A stretch of 63,676 nt of DNA, counting the filler, from Raillietiella orientalis (taxonomy: Eukaryota): NCBI GenBank assembly GCA_036172245.1. It is 2 parts of 2 records of this genome, joined end to end, with 100 filler letters (N's around TTAATTAATTAA, not from the genome) between each part and the next. Parts side by side here need not be neighbours in the genome. Positions count along the whole stretch, not along the records: positions 32,031 to 63,676 come from JAYWIR010000201.1; 1 more part is not named here. One strand, written 5' to 3'. Within the stretch, counting starts at the first letter, position 1; every line of letters begins with the position of its first letter. This document shows, in pieces, positions 42,076 through 52,126 of this stretch. Below the pieces are notes generated by a model. It did no database searches. It was not told where the DNA came from and saw only the letters and a list, made by a program, of their open reading frames with translations. Position numbers and translations under genes: made by a program.

Positions 42076-42625
42076 ATGTTTACACCACTTGTTAAAGTGC
42101 TGCTCTGCCTCACCTCTAGTGGTGTAACTACCAGGAAATCGGAAACTAACCTGCGTTATGTAAGCATACAGATGCTGCATATTGAGGTAGGAAAGGCGTT
42201 TAAATTTGCATCGGCAGTGCGCTGATGGGGATGATCGCAGCTCTGTGGCATCCACTTTGCGACAAGAAGATAATAACGCGTGCCTGACGAGCAGGCATCA
42301 TTCAACTTCGTCATCATGTACTGCCGAATACCGGCAAGATGGCTGCAAGTCAATCATGTATAGGAGGAACATGTCCGTACACAAAAAAGCACTTTCTGTT
42401 AATAACGGTACTTTACAATCCGTACTTTTCAGCAGATTATATTCTTAATTTGCACTACCTTTCATTGTTCGTTCTGATTGATTTTTTCAGATCGATCCGA
42501 ATTGGTGAGTTGTTCATGAAATTCTCGATTCAGCTGTTCCTCCGAATTTCCCTGAACAGTTGAAAAGCACAAAGAAATGTTCATGTACATCAAAAAGAAT
42601 TCGATTCCTTCATCGGCTATACTGA
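42076..42625 (+). CDS. Candidate 4-exon gene or pseudogene for a small Cys-containing, possibly secreted protein (117 aa model)
   Basis: Exons are 42076-42159, 42218-42407, 42491-42504 and 42560-42625. Introns of 58, 83 and 55 nt (GTAAGC..GGCAG, GTACTT..TTTTTTCAG, GTGAGT..AACAG) join them in phase. The N-terminus MFTPLVKVLLCLTSSGVTT is hydrophobic and AATAAA lies at 42746. No recognisable homology. Confidence 0.38.
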
Positions 42626-44149
42626 TGAACAACAGAATATTTGAAAGCAATCTCATGAAAGATGGACTGCAATTTATTTCAATGAAAAGGACAAAGCTTA
42701 CTGCGGGTTACGAGCGTTTCTCTTCTAGAGATCGGCTGTTTCGCGAATAAAAGCTGGAAAACCAACTGCCTTGGAAAGCTGCTCCTACGTCACTGGAAGT
42801 TTGTGTGTGAGACTTTGAAAATTGAACGATTCAAACGCCGCCACTTTATTTTTTACGCCATTCCTTCCCTTCATGCTAAACACTTTTAAACATGTCTTCA
42901 TTCCGCTTTATAAAATGGACATATCGCAAGAAATGATTGCGATACTCATCGAACGCGAATGAAAAAGAGGAAATCTCTAAAAACAAGCTTTATGATTTTC
43001 TCGAGCAGGAATTTGTTGGTAATAAAGTACTGCTCGTCTGATTACACACGAGGTAAAAATTTGCTTCTTGTCTTATTTCACAGGAGGTAGAAACTTTGTT
43101 AATAAGTTTTCTCTCTGCGATTTTGTTTTGATTATTCGCTTCAAGTGATCGTTCGTTCGATGAGCTACGATTAGTCTTATCAGCCATGCCGTGTTGTAGG
43201 CCATTCTTTCATAGGGTGGGAGAAACATAATCCTGAAGTTGCTAACAGTGTTGGCTAACTGTGTTGTGTCATTAACTGACTTCACACGGTTGACTGTATC
43301 ACAGGGACCGCTGGGCAGTTAAGCACAGCTGATTCCAAAAGAAACGCACAAGACAAGAAATCGCCACTGCCAGAGAAGTCTTCATCAGGTGCTGCATCAA
43401 TCTCACTACAGTACAAATCAAAATCTTGCAGAAACGGAACATAATTTTCACGAATCAGATTTTGTTGACACTCACAAATGTGCACGTGGAAATACATTTT
43501 TCGAATAATCTTTCGAGAAACACATACAACTAGGTCTTTCTGCATTTTGTGGACAAATGTGCATTTTTTGCTGCACGTGCCCATCTGTGAAGGTATAAAT
43601 TATTTGCACGCAAGAAGCACAATAAACGAAATACTCTGTCGTAGGTTTTAGCACATAGAAATACAGGATTCGAATTTGAGCAGAGAAAATCATTCATGTG
43701 TTCACTGCATTGCTTGTTAATGTTTTCATAATTCGCGGATTGGAGTTTTTGATGAAAAGTGTCATCAGGATTCCAATAAAGTGCTCAGATTTGGTGGTCG
43801 GAATGAAGGTATATTGTGAAGGTTGAATTCTTATTTGATGGATTTGAAATCACAACGAGATAATCTTTAGCGGTGAAGCATTCGAGGTGACTGAAAATTT
43901 CAATTTTGGTGCTGCAAATAAATGGATCCATAGACCTGTGTGCAAAGATGCATTAGAACACCAAAGGGTAGGAACAGATGGATTTTAAGGCGATCTCCAC
44001 GGAAACATTTCTAGTTCAAATAAAGCCATCATTGCAGAAGTACTTTGGTTTATTTCCAACATGAAATCCTTTATTGGTATCGATTTTATCACCTTGGAAC
44101 TTCAAACGGCATGTGTAAAGGAAATTGAAGACATCAGAGCGTTTCGATG

Positions 44150-45100
44150 AATGCTAATCAGCACAAAAAAAGCAATCTTTCCACTGCTTTCAAGGTGTCC
44201 GCATTTAAAACATCAAGGTGTAAAACAAAATCGACGCCTCAAGAGGCCGTGACGGCTCAACTTCAGTCTTCTGCGAAGAAAGTTGCGAATGCTCCAGAAA
44301 AATGAGAAGGCGATTGGGTGGTTTCTAAGCACAGAAAACACAGCTGTGCCTAAAATGGCACGCAAACTTCATTCCTGAACACTTGCAAGACTAGGATCAG
44401 TCGTGCAGCAAAAGAAACAGCGAATCGGGTGTTTCTTCCTTAGCAAAAACCAGTCAAGTCAGCGAGTAAAAGTCTTACTTTTTGACAGTCGGAAATACGT
44501 TTTCGGTGGAAGCAGGCGTAGACAAACGCACGACGCTTGCCCGAGGATTGAACGCCGTGAAGTTCGATAATGCCGCTCAACGGCGCGTTACGCATGCCGA
44601 AGAGCCAGCCCGCAGGACTGAAGTCCACAGTCGTGATACGCCGCCGAACGGAAAGCGCTCAGCGCGGAATCCACAGGTTCGGTGCCAGGGAAGGAGTTCC
44701 CGATTGCGTGCAGCACAGTGAAGGCTGGTGGCGACTGCGCCATCCAGCCTGCCGCGCTGCTCACTACCCGCTCGCTGATTGAGACATGCACCAAGTCATT
44801 GCTTTCTCAGACATTTTGAGGGCAATCACGTCTTCTCGTAGTGTTCCCGAGGAGTGTACGAAAGTGACAGGTCTTCAGCAGGAGACAAGAGACGACAAGT
44901 AACCAAGGCTAACAATTACAATCTCCTATAGAAGATTCACAACGTCCCTGATTTGTCGAATGGCGAAACTGAACAGCTCACATGCGGAACTCTACCAAGG
45001 CGGCGTTACGTCCCACATACATGCGCCGTCGCTTTCTTCTTGAGAGGAACTTTGACAGGAGCGTTAGAAAAGCTCGCTTGTAAGCGAAAGACCGCTTGTA
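44150..45100 (+). mobile_element. Highly degenerate L1/Tx1 remnant: ORF1 C-terminus and APE N-terminus
   Basis: About 44870-45085 reads GDKRRQVTKANNYNLL*KIH...CGTLPRRRYVPHTCAVAFFLRG, matching GDKRRTVANALRAFDLVLLQEIH...GGTLHWRQGSAHTCEVAFLVRG of the 52126 copy. The left boundary is approximate. Confidence 0.65.
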
Positions 45101-45284
45101 CTCAACAGGTACGACACGATCGAACTTTTATATGTGAAGGTGATCTCGTCGCAGGGTTTGGTTCGCTGGGTCGATAAAATTGAGAACTTCGCTTGCGTTC
45201 TGAATTAGTTGCTTACTGCTGTAAATTCTGCGGTAGCACACCTCACTTCTAGGGTTTCTAACGTCGAGCTACCTTGTGAGAATA

Positions 45285-47223
45285 TCGTGGGATCCGGCAG
45301 GGAGACAGCCTGAGCCCCTTGCTCTTCAGTACCTTCAATGAGTTGGTACTGAGAGCGTACAGGGAAACTCTGGCGAACCTGCCGCACGACTGTGTTGATA
45401 CATTGGTCGTTTCAGAGTACGCAAACGAGCTTCTTCTGCTGCTCCTTATGTCCACCTCTGCTTCGACGGTCGAGGAGTTCTTCAACCTGCTGCATCAGGG
45501 AAACGGACTTAATGTCGACAGGACGAAGTCGTCCGTGATCTCAGTTGGTGCGACGTGGGCAGGGTAGCAGGACTTAGTTCGTTTAAGGATACCCACGGTG
45601 AGGTACTACAAGTACCATGATTTGCCGTTCGAGGACTACTCCCACTGCAGAAGCGTCGTCCGGCTGCCTCCAAAAAGTAGAGACGGCGATCGGCCCCTTC
45701 CGAAGCAGCAGGTTTTTCCTGCCTGAACGGGCCACGGTTTGGAATACGTTCCCGGCTCCTCTCCTTCGTTCCCTGCTTTTTGTTTGCCCCCCCACAGATA
45801 GGATCAAAAAGCGGACAAAGGACCTTCTCCGTATCGCCCTTTGGGGCAACGGGAGGGCCCGAGTCCGCTTAAAGGACTTGTGCGCTCCGCGTCGGGACGG
45901 TGGTCTCTGCCTCCTGACATTATAGCAGCTAAAGCTGCATCTCCAATTCCGGATTTTGGCACTTGTGCTGGAGTTGTGGTGCACTTGTTGGTGCGTCCCT
46001 GCACGTCTCCTTCTCCAGCAAGCCACCGGCAAGACGGGACTGACGCCGTTTCTTGCACTCCGTCGCCGCGTCAAGCGATGCGGACTCCAGCTACGGAGGG
46101 TGCCTGCGCTGGCACGGAAACATCAAGGATCGGTCACCTGTCGCCCTGGGAACGGTAGTGCCTGGTTGCAGGAAACCGTTCGCTCGTGGGGACAGTTCGG
46201 CATGCAACGATCATAACAGGAACGAAGATTCCTGTTTGTGGGTTTACAGAAGTTGCACGCTCTGCGAGATCCTGAAGGATCCAAAGAAGATAGCGTGGGC
46301 GGAAAAACCACTCTCACAGCTGCGCTGCCCTCCCTGATGGAAGATCTGGACAGCTGTGTTGCGGCGTAGTGGGAGGTTACAGTTACAATCTCCAAAAAGG
46401 AGAAGAAGATAGGAGAGTGGAAGACGGGTGAGCTGACTGACGCTGCCACTCCGAGTGCGCCTCCCCATGGACTTGTACGCTAAGGCGCGCTGCTCGACGT
46501 TCCCATTGGAAGTTTGAAGTGGCTTCCGGTACTAATGAACACCTCCACCCATCCCATGAAATGGCAGGAGTCGACTCTCCTGTTGCAGCATTGGGAACTC
46601 CCCTGCAACGCCCGCCGACAACACTGCACCTGGGGAGCGGTGGACCTCAATTGCGTCAGGTGTAGGAAAGGGGAGTCCCTCCCCTGCGTGCTTGTGGATT
46701 GTGTTGCCCTTCGGCTGCTTTGGTTACGCTTTGCCGCGGCCATAGGAATTCCCAGCGGCAACCCAGGTGACGTTCTTAAAGCCCTCTTCGTTGCCGACGC
46801 CATTCGGCCAGCGGACCCGTTACCAGCTCCGTGCTGCCGTCGCGGGTTCGTCGCCGCCAGGAGCAAGGCTACGGGAGGACCACACGACTAGGGTGCCATC
46901 CAGCCTGCTTCTCAGTTCCTGAGAAGAGCGTCGCGATGGCCCCACCGTAAACCAAGCAGGCAGCAAGAGCTTGCCGGAATCCTGCAGAGGATGCGACGGC
47001 CCCACCAGCTACAGCGATCCCTTCCCGTAACCTCCCACTCTTTCTTTTCTTTTTGTTTTGTTTTTTTGTTTTCTTTCCACCTTCCCCCAGCTGCCGTGGT
47101 CGTCCGTACTTGTCTGCGAACCGCTGACACGTCAGGATCTGTGTATCTTCTTGCTTGGCTGGAGCAATGGACCAGGCACTGCAAGTCACTCTTAAAGTAT
47201 ATTGTTTCAATAAACGCCATTGC
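45285..47223 (+). mobile_element. 5'-truncated L1/Tx1 copy (element A): RT from GIRQGD, CCHC finger, 3' UTR with AATAAA
   Basis: The nucleotide sequence is collinear with 56576-58500 (same subfamily). It contains CVRCRKGESLPCVLVDC, a T-rich UTR at 47040-47077 and AATAAA at 47209-47214, with many stops. Confidence 0.95.
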
Positions 47224-47243
47224 GAAAATGAAACGCTTTATGC
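47224..47243 (+). repeat. Probable target-site duplication of element C/D (partner 58518-58537)
   Basis: GAAAATGAAACGCTTTATGC vs GAAAATCAAATGCTTTGTGC, 17/20 identical, directly flanking the 5' and 3' ends of the element. Confidence 0.75.
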
Positions 47244-48440
47244 GCTCTAGGGCGGACGTGTTTTCTCGGTGCTCCTCGTGCCAGAAAGTCTCCCCTAGTG
47301 CTAGCATCGTGTGTTTCGATGGTCGATCAGGCAGCGATGCCTGACGCAACAGCCAGGGATGGCCACGGGTCAGCAACAACGGCGCCCCCAGAGGCGATGG
47401 AGAGCCAAGGGGCGGCGGCAACGTCGCTTCCAGAGGCGATGGAGGTGGAAGTATCCGCCCCCACAGAATCAGTCCCCGCTGCAGCGCTGGCGTGGAGCGC
47501 CGTTGTGTCGGCGCCATCGCCTGCAGCCGCGGCGGAATTGTCGGCCTATGTAGAGGAGGAGTAGAAAACATCATTGTTCTACAAGGTAGGCAATCTATAT
47601 TCTTTAGAGAGCGCGCGCGCCTACTCGTAGGGCATGTGCGCTTTCGATTTCAAAGAGCAGGAGCTCAGCGCTATGACTATCCGCAGCGGGGGTCAGTACG
47701 TGGAGGTCATGTGCAAGCAACCAGAGCTTGCCCGACGACTGCGTAAAACCCAGGTGATGATATGGACGCGCAGGCTCCTCCCTATTACGGCGGACCGCAG
47801 CATGGTGGTCCACCTGTTAGGTGTTACCGCCCGGATGCGCAATGAACAGGTTCGCGCCGCGCTGGAGGAATACGGAACGGTCCACGTGCAGTGGACGAAA
47901 GTTAGTCCTTTCGAGTACTACACGGGGCTGCAACACGGTCTCAGTGCTGCGCGCGTGACCGTTCGGGAGGGCTGCACTCTTCCCCACAAACTGGTGGTCG
48001 ATGGCGAAACCGTCGACCTCTGGTATGTGGGGAAGCCGAAATACTGCGGCTTCTGCAATACGTCGAGCCACCTCAAAAAGAGGTGTCGCAGTGTGCAGTG
48101 CCAAGTATGCGGAACCAAGGGACACACGAGGGAGGTGCGCCCTAAAGCAGCGGTGCAAGTGGTTTTCAAGAGAAACCTTAAAAAACGCGCCCGGCTTCTG
48201 CAGAAAAGGCTGGCGGCGAAAGCTGCTGCGAAGGCTGTGCCACCCGCGCCCAAGACCCAGGCCGCACCCGAGACCCCGGCGACCAACGCCGAAAAAGTTG
48301 AGAGAGCCGGCCAGGAGACTGGGTGGCAAGTGGCAGCGGCCAGAAAATCAAAGCAGGAGAGCAGGATGGAGAAAAAGCTCGCGTACCGACACAAAAAACG
48401 ACAGACAAGCGAGCAAATTAAAGAATGCCGCGTTGTCGTT
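47244..48440 (+). mobile_element. 5' part of a full-length L1/Tx1 (element C/D): 5' UTR and ORF1 N-terminal half, interrupted at about 48440
   Basis: The 5' motif GGACGTGTTTT is at 47254. ORF1 starts at ATG 47337 (MPDATARD...) and has premature stops, an RRM-like segment and the knuckles CGFCNTSSHLKKRC and CQVCGTKGHTREV. The frame resumes after 54155. Confidence 0.9.
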
Positions 48441-48644
48441 AATTACCTGGTTGTGCCGCGACGTTTATTATAATATCAACAGGGAACTGTGTTCCCAGGC
48501 TAGGGGAACAGAAAATAAGGAGTAGATTTCCTGGAACGCAGTCCAGGCACACTGAGAGTTCGGAACGGGAGGGGGTGGGACAACAAATAAATAAATTGGT
48601 TGGGAGGGCGGGGACAGGGGTATACAGTCTAACCGTTCCAATTC

Positions 48645-51600
48645 TCAGAACCGGCGGTGAATGCCGCCGATCTCCATCCTGACTTCTGCTCCAAGATTTG
48701 GCCACCCGGCAGCCATTTCCAGGTTGCAGGCTAAAGTGTCGGGGACCGATGTTGGGACTCCTCGCATCTGCAATACGTGGCGGGCCCTGGCAATGGCGCG
48801 GACGCAGCAGATGATTGCGACTTCCACTCCAAGAGAAAGCTGCCACGCGTGTGGAAACGGCGCATCCAATCCAGTGCGGTGTGTCCAGGGTGTAGGAGCG
48901 CTGAAGAAAGCCGCTGCCACAGATCCTGGAGAGCACCGCACTCAAACAGCAAATGCGGAAGCGATTCCACTGCTCCGCATTTGACACAGTTTGGGGACGC
49001 AATCCCCCCGGAAATCAGGTGCGTTTGCTGGTTGCAGTACTAACCTCAATGCACCAGCAGAAAAGCGTCCTGCTTCCACCGAATGGGAAAGAGAGTCGCC
49101 TCCAAACACGCAGAAGGGACAACAAGTTCATCGGTGGGCACCGCGAGGAGCTCACTCCACCGGAGAAGCCCCTTTGCAAGAATGCGAGGTGTGGCAGCGT
49201 CTGCCACTTCGCAAGTCCGCCAGCCCCCCGGCAGTCGGGTTTCGCCTTCGATTTCGCAAGTGATCTCCCACCTCGCTGGCAGGTCACTGTCATCTCGCAC
49301 CATCAGTGCACACAGTGCTTCGGCAAGTGACGTAGCGGCTAGGCGTGTCCACTGGTCCTTGTTTTCAGCACCTCCCCCACTGGATAGTATGGGGAAAGTT
49401 TCACGCAACGGAGTTCCAAACGGGGCACATCCTGTTGCGCTGCCCAGGACGATAAGGCTTCCTGCCTCCAGGCGTTGAAGTTCGTAGGCCGGCAGGAGAT
49501 CCACTCATGCTTTCCCAGAAGCGTGGCGAGCTGCTTCAAAGGGAAGCCGAATCCTCTCTGGGCGCGCTCCGTACGCAGATGCAACGAACGTAGTCCGTGC
49601 ATGCGGCTCTGCACTAGGAGTCCGATCCGCTCCAGCGTCAGGATGCCCAATCCTGCATCCCGCCGAGGAGCCGCCGAGTCCTTCAGGCGTATCCTGCATC
49701 TCGCCGGTCCCCACAGGGCGTTACGCAACAGGTGTTGCGCCCGGCGCTTACCCGAGTAGGGAGGGGGACAAAGCAGAAAGACGGGACGGAGAAGGGGGGC
49801 AAAGAAAATGTTCCACACGAAGGCCCGTTCTGACAGGAGAAACCTGCCGCCATGGAACGGGCCCAGAGCAGTCTCTGCCTTGTGAAGGCAGTCCGACCAC
49901 GCTTCTGCTGGACAGAAGGCGCCCAAGTGAACGCCGAGGTACTTCAAGCTTCTGCCCGTGGGGATTTCCAGGCGGATCCAGTCGGACTGCCCCTCCCACG
50001 TAGAGCCAACCGGTACAACGGTTAATTTCGTCCTGTTGACGCTCAGGCCCGCTCCCCGACGAATGAGATCGAAGAAGTCCTAGAGCCTGGACGCCGGGGT
50101 GGACATGGGCAGCAGCAGGAGAAGGTCGTCAGCATAGGCGGCCACGGCCGTTGTTCCTGGGAAGGAGCTCGGCAGGTTGGCCAGCGTCAGCCTGTAAGCC
50201 CTCAGCACCAACTCAAAGAAGATGCTGAAGAGCAGGGGGCTTAAGCTGTCTCCCTGCCTGATACCCCGCCGTATAGGAATAGCGTACACGTGGCGCCCTC
50301 TGAAAGAGATACAGCAAAACGCGTGGCGCCAGCAGGAGCTCAAGTAGGCAATGAAGTGCGTCGAGAGACCTAGGCAACCCAGAAGCTCCAAAAGGAGGTC
50401 CTGGTTTACGCTGTCGAACGCTTTGCAGAGATCGACGGCAACCGCTAAGGCTGTTCGCGTTCCCTCGTGCCTTGAACACCGCCGCTCACCTTTGACAGCG
50501 GCGATTTCGGCTGCCTGGCTCTGCTGCGCCACGCGCTGCTGCAACTCGAACCATGTTCGCGCGAAGAAGAGATTCGCGTCCATGGACCGCCCCGGGACCG
50601 CATACGTCTGCTCCGGACTTACCAAGGACTCTGCGATTCTCCCCAGGCGCGCGACCCATAGCCTGGAGAACAACTTGACTTCCGAATTTACCAGTGTGAT
50701 CGGACGCCAGTTGCTGAGGTGACGCAAATCACCGCCTTTTGTCAGGAGCCCACCTTTGCTGAGCGGAAAGAAGCGGGAACATCTCCCGTCTCACGCTTCA
50801 GCGAGGAAAGGCTTAGCACCAGGGGGACGAGCTCCTCCGCAAAGCACAGAAAGGACTCCGCGGGCACGGCATCCTCCCCAGGCGCCCTACGCCTCTTCAG
50901 GCCCGCTATGGCGTAAGATACTTCTTCCGCCGTGAAAGGCCAATCCAATCTGGCGCGTTCCTCCTCGCCGATAGCAGGGTTGCCCGTCGGAAGAAGCAGC
51001 TCGGAAAGACTGCGTTCCGTGGGCTCCTCCGCGTACAACGAGGAGTACTAGCGCTTGACTACGCGGTGTACTTCGTCTGCACCCGAGCAATCCTGGCCAG
51101 CGTCATCGAGCAGGCAAGCCGCTCCAGACTGCCAAACCTGGCGCTCGGCCCTGGAGTTGTACTCCGGCAGACGCCGGACTTTCGGTATCGGGAGAAGGTA
51201 CGCGCCTGCAGATAGGATCTGCTGTTCGCGACACCGTCCCCGAAGCCGCGGGGAAGCAGGTGCAAGGGGAACCGGCAGCAGAACTCGCGGACCGATCTTT
51301 TCAGATCGTCTCAGTCCTCGAGTTCACAGATGGCGAAGCCCCCTAGGTGTTGGCGGAGATGCTCCGCCGCCTCCGAATTGCTAAGCCAGTTGGCCGGCAA
51401 CCTCCAGACATTCATCGGAGGCCCTTTACCAGGCGAGAGAAGCTCGAACTCCAGTCTCGGATGATCCGAAATCGCGGACAGCAGGCGCCCTCTCCGACCT
51501 ACTCTTGAGAGCAGGTGTTCATCGAGGAACGAATGGTTAGGCGATCTCTCCATCCCGGGCTCACCAGCAAGCAAGTTTTGCACGCGCACGGACGCGCATA

Positions 51601-52126
51601 CCTCGCTCACGAGTTGCTTCTCCCTTGAGCGGCATCTCTGCTCTGTTAGCAGGTGGACGTTGAAGTCTCCTGCAAAGAGGTGCGCCACGTTAGGGCCGGA
51701 GTCAGCGAGCCAGCGGCTGCGCAGGCCACCCAGGAATGCAAGTCGCTGGGCGTAATGCCGGCTGCCGCTCGGCGCGTAGATGTTCGTAAAGACCAGGTCC
51801 ATCGATTCGGACCACTTGAGGACAAGTTGGCCCAGAGGAATTTCCTCGTCGAAACAAACGTTCCGCACCGCCTTCGCCACCCTGCCTCGAACGAGGAACG
51901 CGACCTCGCACGTGTGCGCGGAGCCTTGCCGCCAGTGTAGCGTCCCGCCCGCTCTCTCTTCCAGATCCGATGCCTGCCGCACGGAGATGCTATGTATCTC
52001 CTGCAGCAGCACCAGATCGAACGCGCGCAAAGCGTTGGCTACCGTCCGCCTTTTGTCACCATCACGTAGCCCGTTGACATTCCAACTGGCCAAGCTGACG
52101 CGACGAGCGGACGCGAGTCCACGCAT
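48645..52126 (-). pseudogene. ORF2 of element B: APE endonuclease, reverse transcriptase, C-terminal CCHC finger; stops and frameshifts
   Basis: APE motifs SWNVNGL, LLQEIH, NIYAPS, AGDFN and SDH. RT motifs RAPGEDA, NWRPITLVNSEVK, DLCKAFDSV, GIRQGDSLSPLLF, AYADDL and KYLGV. Finger remnant ESLPHLLFEC. Confidence 0.93.

Noticed and set aside
43282..43584. Minus-strand ORF with a DEDFSGSGD glycosaminoglycan-attachment-like motif
   Set aside because: It is a short isolated motif, and I could not build a consistent exon structure or signal peptide around it.
50080..50727. Bacterial RT system (retron, group II intron, DGR) or LTR retrotransposon
   Set aside because: The RT is fused to an APE endonuclease and a CCHC finger downstream of a zinc-knuckle ORF1. 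There are no LTRs, integrase or protease, so this is non-LTR L1/Tx1 architecture.
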